Shown piece by piece: positions 8,307 through 18,705 of a DNA stretch of 43,014 nt. The notes below the pieces were generated by a model. It worked only from the letters and a program-made list of their open reading frames with translations. It searched no databases and was not told where the DNA came from. Origin of the DNA: a virus (taxonomy: Duplodnaviria; Caudoviricetes); IMG/VR virus record IMGVR_UViG_3300014656_005852, positions 1 to 43,014 of that record; one strand, given 5' to 3'. Made by a program: the position numbers and the translations under genes. Every line of letters begins with the position of its first letter. The stretch's first letter is position 1.

Positions 8307-11300
8307 ATGAGCGAATACGTGGACTGTCATCTTCACAGTACATATTCGCTACTTTGACTTGATGCATTTGGTACACCTCTTCAAATAGCAGAAAGAGCAA
8401 AAGAGCTTGGCAGGAAGGCTATGGCTATTACCGATCATGGAATGGTAAGTGGCATAGTCAAATTTAATAGAGCCTGCATAAATAATGGAATTAAGCCTCT
8501 TCTCGGCTGTGAATTTTATACTGTTTCTGATGCATCTGATAGATCTAGCTCAGATCGTAATCATTTAACCATCATTGCTAAGACTCAAGAAGGTTATGAA
8601 AATTTAATGAAATTGGTTACTGCAAGCTGGAAGCATGGATTTTATTATAAACCTCGAATTGATTCTAAAATGCTTCTAGATCACAACAAGGGATTGATAG
8701 TTATGAGCGGATGTTATTCGGGATCTTTGTGCCACGCTTTTAGAGAAGAAAATTTTGATAAAGCCAGAAAAATAGCAAGTAACTTTAGTAGAGTATTCGA
8801 TGGTGACTATTATTTGGAGATGCAGCCGTTAGAGCTAACATATGAATACAATAAGTTTGTCCAGGAACTATCTAGAGATTTGTCAATAAAAATGGTCATG
8901 ACCAATGACACCCATTTTGTTAGAAAGGGACAGGATAGACTTCAGAGGATACTTCATCTAGTTAGAGGGACAGATGAGACCAAATCATCTACCATCGATA
9001 CCTTGTATCCTCTAGATTCAAAGGAACTCGATGAAGTTTTGTCAAGATTTCCAGGAATAAATTGGGTAGAGGCTGTGAATAGTACTTTTGAAATAGCCAA
9101 TAAGGCTAATGTAGAGATACCAAAAACTCCAATGGTGAAATATCCAGAGGGAGAGAATAGTAATGCTATATTATCCGAAAGATGTTATTTGAGCGAAAAG
9201 TGGAGAAGGCTAAAAGATGATCCCGTGTATCAGAAAAGGCTCAAGTATGAGCTGGAAATTGTTATAAAGAAAGATTTTAGTTCATATTTTGTGCTAATTA
9301 ACGATATATGCAAGTATATGCATAAGAACGAAATATTAGTTGGTCCTGGGAGAGGGTCGTCTGGAGGAAGCTTAATCTGTTTTTTGCTTGATATTATCCA
9401 AATGGATCCAATTAAGTATGATTTAATGTTTGAGAGATTTCTTGATTTGAATCGTATGGATTATCCTGACATTGATATGGATATTCAGCCATCTAGAATT
9501 CCAGAAGTTAAAAAATATGTAAAAGAGATATTTGGAGAGGACAGAGTAGCCAGTATTGCAACATTTTCGGAGTATAGAGGCAAGAATATAATTGATGATT
9601 TAGGTAGAATTTATAAAATTCCCCATGCTGATACGAATTTATTTAAAAGTAGAATTATCCAATATTCAGATGCTGATGCTAGATATAGCTTTGGAATAGA
9701 AGACACTATTGCTAAATTTCCAGAGGTGCAAAGGGTTGTAGAAAATCATCCGGAGCTCAAAGTGGCGGTTGAGATGGAGGGGCAGTTCCGCCATATGGGA
9801 CAACATGCAGCTGGAATTGTGGTAAGCGGACAGCCTCTTTACAAATCATCGGCAGTTTATCTAAATAGAATAGGGGAGGATTTAATTAGTTGGGATTTAA
9901 AGGACTTCGAGGAGTTAAATCTTCTAAAAATAGATTTGTTAAAGCTCCAAACTCTCGATATACTTAAAAAGATTCTTGATTTAATAGGCTGGAAACCTCG
10001 AGATTTGTATAATTTGCCATTAGATGATCCGAAAGTGCTCCAAGCATTTAAAGATCTAGACATGCTTGGGATATTCCAGTTTGATGGTTATTCTGCATAT
10101 TGGGTGTTATCTCAGGTGGATATAAAGAGTATTGATGATCTCGCCCATGTTAATGCTTTGGGGCGTCCAGGACCAATAACTTCTAGGGCTGCGCATAGAT
10201 TTATTAAAGCTCAAAGAGGTATAAAGGAGGGGAATGAAATTCCAGAGCTAGAGAAGTTTACCTGGAATACTGGAGGAGAGGTTATTTATCAAGAGCAGGT
10301 CATGAGTATCGTTAGGGAGCTTGCTGGTTTCTCATGGGAGGATGCAAGTAAGATAAGAAAGATTATTGCAAAAAGTCTTGGAGTTGAAGGATTTAATAAG
10401 TTTGGGAAGCAATTTGTTGAAGGCTGTAGTAAGAATAATATTGATCCGGAGATATCCCAGACAATATGGGACAGATTGTCCGTTTTCGGATGTTTAGCGG
10501 GGAATACTCGGATATATATAGATAAAGTGTGGTCTAAAAAAGTAGAGAAAAGAAATTTTAAGACAATTAAACAGATTTATGAAGATCAAGGAAGGGGAAT
10601 TGTTCATGAAATCCCCACAATAAACATTAAAACTGGAAAAGTTTTTTTGAAGAAACCAATATCTATAGTATATAGTGGGATTAAATCTACTTATTACATG
10701 AGGACGTTGCGGAGTGGAAGAAGTAGAACAAGAGTAATTAGATGCACCAAGGATCATCAGTTTTTAGTCTCAGATGGATTTTGGAAATCTTTGAAAGAAA
10801 TCAAAACTGGGGATAAGGTTTATGCCAGTAAGCGCAGCTATTCTAGTTTTAATTATCAATGGTATTCTGGTATTGTGAATACTAAGAATATTAATAAAAG
10901 ATTTTGTGCAAATGGAGAGGTTTGGAATAAGGGACTTGCTAAATCTGATGAAAGAGTTAAAAAGTATGTTATGAAGTCAATTGCTAGCCGCTGTAAAAGC
11001 GGAGTATTTAATAATTGGGGATATGGAGAGTGCTCTGTGGCTCTAGATGGACATTTTTGTCAATCTAGTTTTGAGCTCGAATTCGAGGATTGGATGATAA
11101 AAAATAACATTCCACATAAGAGCCATGCCCATATATTGAATTCGGCGAGAATATCGGATTACCAGATAGGGGATTGTTATATTGAATTGGATGGTATGGA
11201 TCCCCCTAGAAATAAAGAGTTTTGGGATGAAAAATATAGTAATGGAGAAAGATATATTATATTGTATCCTGGGGATGATTTTGGTGGTATTCTAAAATTG

Positions 11301-12248
11301 GTTGATCCCATTATTCCAGAGAACTGTAATGGAGGTTATGAGGAGGTTTATGAAATAAAATATGCAGGGGATGAGGAGACATATGATGTTATTATGGAGC
11401 CTGATACTCCATTTTTTGTGGCCGATGGGTTTTTAGTCCATAATTCTTGGGCTTTTAATCGTAGTCATGCATTTGTTTATGCAGCGTTGGGATTTTACTG
11501 TATGTTTTTCAAATTATATTTCCCCAAGGAGTTTTATTTTGCTAATATATTTTATGCAGATTCTGAGGAAAAGCTAGAGCGTCTTCTTCTTAAATTTAGT
11601 GAGCATGGAAAAGTATTTTTGCCTAATATAAATAAGAGTGGAGTTGGATGGAGATACGAAAATGGGAATATATATGCAGGATTGGATTATTTAAAAGGGG
11701 TTGGAGGGAAGACAGCAGAGAGTATAGTCAAAAATGCTCCATATAAAGACTGGGATGATTTAGTGGCTAAAAATGGAAAGAGGATAGTGCGAAAGAATGT
11801 TCTAGAGCTTCTGAAGGCTAATGGTGCATTTGAGGATAGAGAGTTAGTGTCTAAGGCATTTGAGCTATTCAAAAAGTATTCTGATGGCTGTGATAAGGTT
11901 AAGGACATTGGCTGGGAGACGATTCGGAAGAATAGGGAAGTCAAGCTAGTGTGTTATATCAAAAATAGAACTTTATATAACCAGAAGCAAGAAGATGAAA
12001 TTAGGGGAATAACAAAGAAGTATAAGAGTGACAATCTGGACTTTATGGTTGTGAGTCTTGAGGATGATACTGGGTTGGTAAAAGCTAAAGTAAATCCATG
12101 GATATTTCCTAGATATAGGGATGTATTGATGAATTCTAAAGAATCGGAAATATTTGGAGTAATGGGTAAACAACCGTTTGAGCAAAGAACTATATGGATA
12201 ACAGATATAGTAAGATTGGAGACATTAGATGAAAGTACAGATGATTAG
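8307..12248 (+). CDS. dnaE: DNA polymerase III alpha subunit (family C) with one intein and an in-frame TGA at 8355-8357
   Basis: PHP motifs CHLHSTYSLL*LDA, AITDHG, GCEFY and TNDTH; GPGRGSSGGS; PDIDMD; HAAG; AFNRSHA; OB-fold LEDDTG; GGGAGG RBS before ATG 8307. Confidence 0.93.
10491..11444 (+). mobile_element. Intein in DnaE (318 aa) with an internal nuclease-like domain
   Basis: FG|CLAGNTRI ... CTKDHQF ... YDV...FVADGFLVHN|SWAFN. Confidence 0.92.
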
Positions 12249-12987
12249 TTTTACTCATAATCCTCTGGGAGTAATTGCGTCTGCAAAGGGGCTAATGAGA
12301 GGAATCCACAAATATCCGAGCGATTTTACAGATGAGGAGAAGGTGTTTGAGTTTAAAGATTGTACTAAAACAGCTTTGCTTGGTCCATTTGAGTTTGCAA
12401 ATTTTGTGTTTGATTTTGTTGATGTTACTCGTTCCTTTACTCATCAAATAGTGAGAACTAGAACAGCCAGTTTTGTTCAGGAGAGCATGAGATTTAGTGC
12501 CAAGGTAGGAGAACAGTTCAAATATTCAGTTCCAGACTCGGTAAGAGATATTCCTAATCAGGGGGGGACTGCATTATATCTGGGCATTATGGAGAATATT
12601 CAGAGATGTTATGAGAATTTAATTGATATTGGGATTCCAGTTGAGAATGCCCGTGGAGTTCTTCCAACAAATATTTTAACATCTATAATTATGGGGATAG
12701 ATTACCGCAATTTGGTCCAAATGTGTGAGAGTCGGCTATGTCATCAGACCCAAAAGGAGCATCGGGAGGCTATGTTAATTGTAAAAGACTTGGTGATGGG
12801 AGTGGAGCCTCTTATGGGCAATTATTTGCAGCCCTCTTGTGGGCATTTTGGATTTTGTTCTTGGGAGGGAAGCTTAGATAGAAAATGTCCTCTACAGGAA
12901 GTGTATCCATTCAGAAGCGAGATTGTTGAGAATCATAAAAAGATAAAAGGAGTTTTGAAAAAGAATGGAAATGGAGGTAGTGTATAA
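12229..12987 (+). CDS. thyX: Flavin-dependent thymidylate synthase-like protein (divergent)
   Basis: FEF, TRSFTHQIVRTRTASFVQESMRF, ENARGVLP, RLC. Confidence 0.85.
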   Translation: MKVQMISFTHNPLGVIASAKGLMRGIHKYPSDFTDEEKVFEFKDCTKTALLGPFEFANFVFDFVDVTRSFTHQIVRTRTASFVQESMRFSAKVGEQFKYSVPDSVRDIPNQGGTALYLGIMENIQRCYENLIDIGIPVENARGVLPTNILTSIIMGIDYRNLVQMCESRLCHQTQKEHREAMLIVKDLVMGVEPLMGNYLQPSCGHFGFCSWEGSLDRKCPLQEVYPFRSEIVENHKKIKGVLKKNGNGGSV

Positions 12988-13783
12988 GAGAAATAGAAAT
13001 GCCATAATTTGTGGGGATTGTGTAGAGGTTATGAATAAATTTCCTGATGGGAAAATAGATTTAGTAGTGACAAGTCCTCCATATGGTAATTTTAGAGATT
13101 ATAAAGGTTATTCCTTTAATTTTGAGGCTATTGCTAACCAATTGTTTAGAGTTGTTAAAGATGGAGGTGTGGTGGTTTGGATAACTGGGGATGCTACAAT
13201 GGGTGGTTCTGAGACAGGAACAAGTTTTGAACAGATATTATACTTTAAAAGTATTGGGTTTAGATTGCATGATACAATGATATATGTAAAAACAGGAATT
13301 GCATTTCCATCTACCCAAGCTCATGCTAGATATCATCAAGTGTTTGAATATATGTTTGTTTTATCAAAAGGGAAACCCAAAGTGTTTTGTCCTATTTGCG
13401 ATAGGGATGTAGATAGAACTATAGATTATACAAAAAAGACAAAAAGAGATGTAGATGGGAGAGTTAAAAATATGCATACTAAAAATATGGATAAGCAGAT
13501 TTGGGGGAAGCGTTATAATTTATGGCAGTATTCTGCGGGAATAAATGTAAGTAGCAAAGATAAAATATCGTTCAATCATCCTGCTACTTTTCCAGAGAGG
13601 TTAGCTGAAGATCATATTTTATCTTGGAGTAATGAAGGAGATATAGTTTTAGATCCGATGTGTGGAAGCGGAACAACTTGCAAGATGGCCATGTTGAATA
13701 AGAGGAAGTTTATTGGCATTGATATTGCTAGAGAGTATTGTAATATTGCTAAAGAAAGAATCCTAAAATATGAAAAAATTTAG
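12965..13783 (+). CDS. DNA methyltransferase, beta class (probably N4-cytosine)
   Basis: VTSPPY, HPATFP, DPMCGSGTT. Confidence 0.9.
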   Translation: MEMEVVYKRNRNAIICGDCVEVMNKFPDGKIDLVVTSPPYGNFRDYKGYSFNFEAIANQLFRVVKDGGVVVWITGDATMGGSETGTSFEQILYFKSIGFRLHDTMIYVKTGIAFPSTQAHARYHQVFEYMFVLSKGKPKVFCPICDRDVDRTIDYTKKTKRDVDGRVKNMHTKNMDKQIWGKRYNLWQYSAGINVSSKDKISFNHPATFPERLAEDHILSWSNEGDIVLDPMCGSGTTCKMAMLNKRKFIGIDIAREYCNIAKERILKYEKI

Positions 13784-14312
13784 TTTTTGTAAGAATTGCT
13801 CTTTGATAGATAAACCTATAGTCCACGGTCAGAAGGGATCTAGAGATGATGTTGTTTTGATTGGAGAAGCTCCAGGGAGAGATGAAGTCGAAGAAGGTTG
13901 TCCATTTGTGGGTAGAGCAGGAAAACTTCTAGGTAGGATTTTATCTGATTTGGGGTATAATAAGAAGGATTTTTATATTTCGAATAGTTGTATTTGTCAT
14001 CCGATCGATGAAAATGGAAATAATAGAAAACCTAGCTTGTCTGAAATTTCCTGTTGTAATGATAGGTTGTTAAGGTCGATAGAAAAGATAAGTCCTAGAG
14101 TTGTGATTTCATTGGGTGCTGTTGCATTATTCTCTCTAACTGATATAGAACCTCTAGATAAAATAGTTATGTCTAAATATGTTGGAAAAGTTCTTGATAG
14201 TAAAAATGGATATAAAGTTTTTTGTATGTATCATCCAGCTTTTATATTGAGGAATAATAATTTTGAGGATATATTTAAGAGACATTTGGGGAAGGTGTTA
14301 AGTAGGTTATGA
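13770..14312 (+). CDS. Uracil-DNA glycosylase family 4 (Fe-S)
   Basis: CKNC, IGEAPG..E...G.PFVGRAG, N...C.P...NRKP...C, YHPA. Confidence 0.9.
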   Translation: MKKFSFCKNCSLIDKPIVHGQKGSRDDVVLIGEAPGRDEVEEGCPFVGRAGKLLGRILSDLGYNKKDFYISNSCICHPIDENGNNRKPSLSEISCCNDRLLRSIEKISPRVVISLGAVALFSLTDIEPLDKIVMSKYVGKVLDSKNGYKVFCMYHPAFILRNNNFEDIFKRHLGKVLSRL

Positions 14313-14779
14313 ACTGGGATAAATATTTTTTGGGTATAGCCAAAGCAGTATCGAAGAAGAGCCATTGTTTATCGGTTAAAAGAGGGTGTATTATTGTGAG
14401 AGATAGGCAAATATTAAGTGCTGGGTATAATGGTCCTCCTAGGGGCTATCCAAATTGTGATGATATTTATTCAGAATGTCCTAGAAAAACCCTAAATTTC
14501 AAGTCTGGTGAAGGGTTGTATATCTGTCCCTCTGCTCATGCAGAGGCTAATGCAATAGTTCAAGCCGCTAGAAATGGAGCGTCGGTAAATGGATCAACTT
14601 TGTATTGTAATTTTAAACAAAAGCCTTGCAGAGAATGCTCTAAGATAATCATTAATTCTGGAATAATTAAAATTGTTACTATGGGAAATCCTGTAAAGTA
14701 TGATGAGAATGGATTAACAGGAGAGGATATTCTTAATACTTGTGAAATAAATGTAGTAAACGGAGAGTTGAATGTCTGA
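14309..14779 (+). CDS. dCMP deaminase
   Basis: GYNG.P, HAEANAI, PCREC. Confidence 0.92.
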   Translation: MNWDKYFLGIAKAVSKKSHCLSVKRGCIIVRDRQILSAGYNGPPRGYPNCDDIYSECPRKTLNFKSGEGLYICPSAHAEANAIVQAARNGASVNGSTLYCNFKQKPCRECSKIIINSGIIKIVTMGNPVKYDENGLTGEDILNTCEINVVNGELNV

Positions 14780-15767
14780 AGTGGAGTCTGTAATAAAAGA
14801 TCTGAAGTCTGACAAAAAATTTAAGGATGTGATGATTTCTAAGGGGAGCAATCCAGATCTTGTAATAAAGAAGCTTCCATTCGAAGTGCCTATGCTTGAT
14901 AACTTGCTTGGAGGAGGCTTGCCTATAGGAAAATATACATTGATATATGGATCGTATTCTGTAGGGAAGACATTTCTTATTCAGAAAATTATCTCATCTA
15001 CTCAGAAAAAATGTATAAGGTTAGCATATATAGATGTAGATAAAAGTTATGAGCCAAGTTGGTGGAGTATTGTGGGTGTTGACATAGACAATTTGATAGT
15101 GGCTCAGCCCAATACTGGGGAGCAGGTTTTCGACTTAGCTCTCCATTTGGTGGAGTCAAAATTTGGCTTGGTGATTATAGATAGTTTAGATTTAGTAGTT
15201 CCAACTGCTGAGGTAGAAGCAGACTTTGGTAATCAGACGATGAACTTAAGCTTGTCAAGGGCAAAATTGATAAGTACGGGATTAAGAAAGATAAAGGCTG
15301 TTAATACGGATACAACTTTGGTTTGTGCCAATCATATTAGTGAAGGAATAGGTGCATTTAGTCAGTGGAAAATTCCTGGAGGAAGAGCTCAGGAAGATTT
15401 TGCAAGTGTGATGATGTGGATATCAAGGGGAGCGAATATTAAGGAGAGCGAAGTAAAGAAGAATGGTGCTGAGGATAAGAGAGTAGGATTTAATATAAAA
15501 GTGATGCTTGAGAAAGACAAAATTATGGGAAGAAGATATGACTCCTGTCAGTTGCCATTTATTTTTGAAGGTGGAATTATTGATGATGTCTCAGGACTGT
15601 TCGAGATTTGTCTATCACTTGGAATAATAAAGAAAAGCAAGTCTACATATGCATTTCTTGATCAAAATATTTTTGGGAAGCTCAATGTTAAAGAATATCT
15701 GTCTAATAATCCTGAAGTTCAGGAGGAGCTCAAAAAGCAGGTTAGAAAAATTGAGAAATATTACTAA
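14772..15767 (+). CDS. recA: RecA-like recombinase
   Basis: LGGGLP.G, GSYSVGKT Walker A, QPNTGEQ, IIDS, PGGRA. Confidence 0.9.
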   Translation: MSEVESVIKDLKSDKKFKDVMISKGSNPDLVIKKLPFEVPMLDNLLGGGLPIGKYTLIYGSYSVGKTFLIQKIISSTQKKCIRLAYIDVDKSYEPSWWSIVGVDIDNLIVAQPNTGEQVFDLALHLVESKFGLVIIDSLDLVVPTAEVEADFGNQTMNLSLSRAKLISTGLRKIKAVNTDTTLVCANHISEGIGAFSQWKIPGGRAQEDFASVMMWISRGANIKESEVKKNGAEDKRVGFNIKVMLEKDKIMGRRYDSCQLPFIFEGGIIDDVSGLFEICLSLGIIKKSKSTYAFLDQNIFGKLNVKEYLSNNPEVQEELKKQVRKIEKYY

Positions 15768-16044
15768 AAAGAGATTTACTGAAGGGCAGATGCAATTACA
15801 AAAAATAATTGAGGATCTTGGTTTTGAGACCGTTTTAGAGAAACAGTTCGGAAGGTATATAATAGATATATACTTAGAGAGTGACAATAAGGGAATAGAG
15901 TATGATGGGGTTGGACATTATAAGAGAAGAGATGCAAAACGTGACAAGTACTTGAAAGATAATTTTGGTATAGATATTTTGAGGATTGCAGATTTAGACG
16001 ATCCAAAGTTAGAAGATAAGATAGTTAGATTTTGTGAGACATAG
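15649..16044 (+). CDS. DUF559/Vsr-like endonuclease (true start probably near 15751)
   Basis: YIIDIY...IEYDGVGHY...D..RD..L....GIDILRI. Confidence 0.8.
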   Translation: MHFLIKIFLGSSMLKNICLIILKFRRSSKSRLEKLRNITKKRFTEGQMQLQKIIEDLGFETVLEKQFGRYIIDIYLESDNKGIEYDGVGHYKRRDAKRDKYLKDNFGIDILRIADLDDPKLEDKIVRFCET

Positions 16045-16072
16045 TGGTAAATAAAGAGTTTTCGAGGAATAG

Positions 16073-16849
16073 ATGATAAAAACAGTAAGTAATAGTAGTG
16101 TAGGGTTATGGCTGAAATGCCCTAAGGCGTGGGAGTTCAGATATGTGAAAGGATTGAAAATACCACCTTCTGGGGCTCTTGTACAAGGTTCAAGTTATCA
16201 TGGAGCGTTGAAGGAGAATTTCTCTTTTAAGCTAAAAAATGGGAAAGATATGTCTATATCAGATGTTCTTGATGCGTATGATACTTCATGGAATGAGAGA
16301 CTCAAAGGAGATGATTTAGGCAAGGATGAATCAGAAGAAGCAGGCGGAAGTGAGGTAGATTGGGGAGGTAGACCTCCAGATATGTTGAAGGATGAAGGGG
16401 CTAAATTAGTAAAAGTCTATCATAAACAGTATGCGCCGGCTATCATGCCTTTAGGGGTAGAATTATATAGAGAAAAGCCTCTAATAGAAGGAGTGAAATT
16501 CATTGGCTATCTCGACTTAGAGCTTGAAGATAAAATTATTGACCATAAATTAAAAGGCAAAATGATATCTCAAATAGAGGCTGATAAAGATACCCAGCCT
16601 CTCTCTTACTGCTTTTTGTCTGATAAAATGGATTTTGACTATCATGTAGCTATAAAAAAGAAAGTGCCTGAGATTCAGATCCTTACTGTCAAGAGGAAAA
16701 CAGCAGAAGATATTGAGTGGTGGAAGAATATGGTTATTGATATTGTAAATAATATTAAAACAGGGATATTCCCACCAAATCCGACCTCCTGGTTGTGCAG
16801 TGAGAGGTGGTGTGGGTATTGGCCGAAATGCCATGCCTCTAGAGAGTAA
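16073..16849 (+). CDS. PD-(D/E)XK (Cas4/RecB-like) exonuclease
   Basis: S.SS...W.KCP, G..YH, GYLDL, IIDHK, Q..SY, terminal C...WC.Y...C. Confidence 0.85.
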   Translation: MIKTVSNSSVGLWLKCPKAWEFRYVKGLKIPPSGALVQGSSYHGALKENFSFKLKNGKDMSISDVLDAYDTSWNERLKGDDLGKDESEEAGGSEVDWGGRPPDMLKDEGAKLVKVYHKQYAPAIMPLGVELYREKPLIEGVKFIGYLDLELEDKIIDHKLKGKMISQIEADKDTQPLSYCFLSDKMDFDYHVAIKKKVPEIQILTVKRKTAEDIEWWKNMVIDIVNNIKTGIFPPNPTSWLCSERWCGYWPKCHASRE

Positions 16850-16856
16850 TTTTTAA

Positions 16857-17396
16857 ATGAAATATAAAACCTTAGTAGTAGACTCTCCATGGCAATATAA
16901 CAATAGAAGAACCGGTGGTAGCATGAGTTCAGGTTCTGTCCAGAAGTATGAGGTGATGTCCCTTACTAATATTTGTAATTTACCTGTTCGTAATGTTATG
17001 GAGAATGATTCTGTGTGCTTTTTATGGTGCACAGTGCCATTAGTACAATATGGATTTAGAGTATTGGAGACTTGGGAGTATCAATACAAAACAATGCTTT
17101 TTTGGAAGAAGTCTAATTGGGGAATGGGCTTTTGGTTTAGAGGCCAAGTAGAAATTTGTCTTTTAGGAATTCATGGTAAAATTAAACCATTCAGATATCA
17201 GAAGTCTAATTGGTTTATAGGCAAGAATAGAGGGCATTCACGAAAGCCGGAAGAATTTTTTGCTCTCATTGAGCCTGTGGCAGAACTGCCTAGATTAGAG
17301 TTATTTGCTTCTAATAATCGTAATAATTGGACTTGTATTGGTTTAGGGGCCAATGGACAGAGAGTTGAGGATTTTTTATTGAATAGTGAGGTGTAA
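16857..17396 (+). CDS. MT-A70 family adenine methyltransferase
   Basis: VDSPW, FLW, W.K...GMGFWFRG..E, HSRKP, RLELFA. Confidence 0.9.
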   Translation: MKYKTLVVDSPWQYNNRRTGGSMSSGSVQKYEVMSLTNICNLPVRNVMENDSVCFLWCTVPLVQYGFRVLETWEYQYKTMLFWKKSNWGMGFWFRGQVEICLLGIHGKIKPFRYQKSNWFIGKNRGHSRKPEEFFALIEPVAELPRLELFASNNRNNWTCIGLGANGQRVEDFLLNSEV

Positions 17397-17852
17397 GTGA
17401 AGATACTTGGATGCGACTGTAACAGTAGATCTATTACCTGTGCTCTTATAGATACCGAGGTAAAAAATATTACTACATTTGAGGTGATAGGTGGGGATAA
17501 GAATGATTACAAGCAAAGAGTGAAGAATATGCTGTTTGAGTTCAATGGCCTGATTAAACGAATTGTTCCCGATGTTGTGTACATTGAACAAGCAGTGATG
17601 CTTCAGAATGTCAAGACAACATTAATGATTGATGGAGTAGTGTCAGTTGTTAGGGACTGTTGTATATTAAATAATATAGTATATGAAATAATAGATAACA
17701 AGTCTTGGAAAAAATCTGTTATTGGAAATGGCAAAGCTAGTAAGGAAGAAATAATGGAATTTGCTAGGCTTAAAGGTGGATGCAAAATTACTTCTCAAGA
17801 TGTGGCAGACGCTATTGCTATTGCTACTTTTGGATTGCTGAGATTAGGCTAA
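17397..17852 (+). CDS. ruvC: RuvC-like Holliday junction resolvase
   Basis: ILGCD, VYIE, WKK.VIGNGKASKEE, DVADAIAIA. Confidence 0.85.
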   Translation: MKILGCDCNSRSITCALIDTEVKNITTFEVIGGDKNDYKQRVKNMLFEFNGLIKRIVPDVVYIEQAVMLQNVKTTLMIDGVVSVVRDCCILNNIVYEIIDNKSWKKSVIGNGKASKEEIMEFARLKGGCKITSQDVADAIAIATFGLLRLG

Positions 17853-17870
17853 TAGTTTTTATGCTCAATG

Positions 17871-17893
17871 TGATATAATTAAATTAACGGAGG
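17871..17893 (+). promoter_or_regulatory. Extended -10 promoter (TGnTATAAT) and GGAGG RBS
   Basis: TGATATAAT at 17871-17879 in an intergenic gap; GGAGG at 17889 before ATG 17898. Confidence 0.5.
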
Positions 17894-17897
17894 AACA

Positions 17898-18086
17898 ATG
17901 GATAAAATTAAATATGGCTTTTATTCACATTCTATTCGCGACAGTTTAATTTATTGTAATGTTGAGGTTACTCCGATTTTAGAGATAATAGGTCCAAGAG
18001 GTAAAATAACAATGTGGGGTAAAGATATTGATAATCAAGTAGAAGCTATAAGAAGTTTTATGGAATGGCAAAATTTATATAGTTAA
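17898..18086 (+). CDS. Hypothetical protein
   Basis: 62 aa with a good RBS. Confidence 0.6.
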   Translation: MDKIKYGFYSHSIRDSLIYCNVEVTPILEIIGPRGKITMWGKDIDNQVEAIRSFMEWQNLYS

Positions 18087-18107
18087 AAAGGACAATTTGG
18101 CAGAGAA

Positions 18108-18350
18108 ATGGAAATAAAAATAAATATGGTGCCAGAACTTTCTCCAATAGATAGTGGTGGAGGCTGCTGTACTATTGGTGTAGATATCGAGGTAGATCCA
18201 TTATCTCATCCTAAGACACAGCAGAAAGTAGTTGTTCATGAGGTATTAGAAGCTACAATAGGCTATGTAGTGCCGCATGATAACATAGAAAGAATAGCGG
18301 AATTGATAATGGATGGGTTGGAGCAACTGGATATACTGAGGAGTGAGTAG
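18108..18350 (+). CDS. Hypothetical protein, possible degenerate zincin-like (HEVLE)
   Basis: 'QKVVVHEVLEA' resembles HExxH/E of small phage metallopeptidase-like proteins. Confidence 0.45.
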   Translation: MEIKINMVPELSPIDSGGGCCTIGVDIEVDPLSHPKTQQKVVVHEVLEATIGYVVPHDNIERIAELIMDGLEQLDILRSE

Positions 18351-18390
18351 ATAGTAGATGTGGACGAAATGTTAGAAAAAATAGTAGAGG

Positions 18391-18705
18391 TCTCACGAGA
18401 TTAAAATCTTTGTTATAAGGAGGACTAATGAAAATAGTTATCAAACAAGATGAACTGACTGTAGCTGCCGAGACGTTATCATATCAAATTCCTTTCTCTA
18501 AGGCCAAGAGGTGTCGCTTTTGTAAATCAGATGCTCCATTATTTATGTTAGTAAACGATGATAAGGGTGAGCTGGTTACGCTAAGACCTGATGATGTCAG
18601 AGTTTGGCCTCATGATTGCTCTACAATAGCAATATATTTTTGTACTAACTGTGGCAGGATGAAGGCTACCTGGAATCAAGGCTAATATAAATTAATCTCG
18701 TGAGA
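18391..18705. repeat. Perfect 14-bp inverted repeats bracketing one gene
   Basis: TCTCACGAGATTAA (18391-18404) and TTAATCTCGTGAGA (18692-18705). Confidence 0.85.
18428..18685 (+). CDS. Small zinc-ribbon protein
   Basis: CRFC...HD...CTNC; AAGGAGG RBS. Confidence 0.7.
   Translation: MKIVIKQDELTVAAETLSYQIPFSKAKRCRFCKSDAPLFMLVNDDKGELVTLRPDDVRVWPHDCSTIAIYFCTNCGRMKATWNQG

Noticed and set aside
8355-8357. Genome-wide TGA recoding or selenocysteine as the explanation for the dnaE stop
   Set aside because: TGA ends many genes here (e.g. 2663, 4165, 14312, 42783), Trp is encoded by TGG, and the position is not a conserved Cys; readthrough would add two residues to the consensus
16073-16849. Cas4-like gene as a sign of CRISPR-Cas
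   Set aside because: No repeat-spacer array or other cas genes; the RecA/RuvC context indicates recombination
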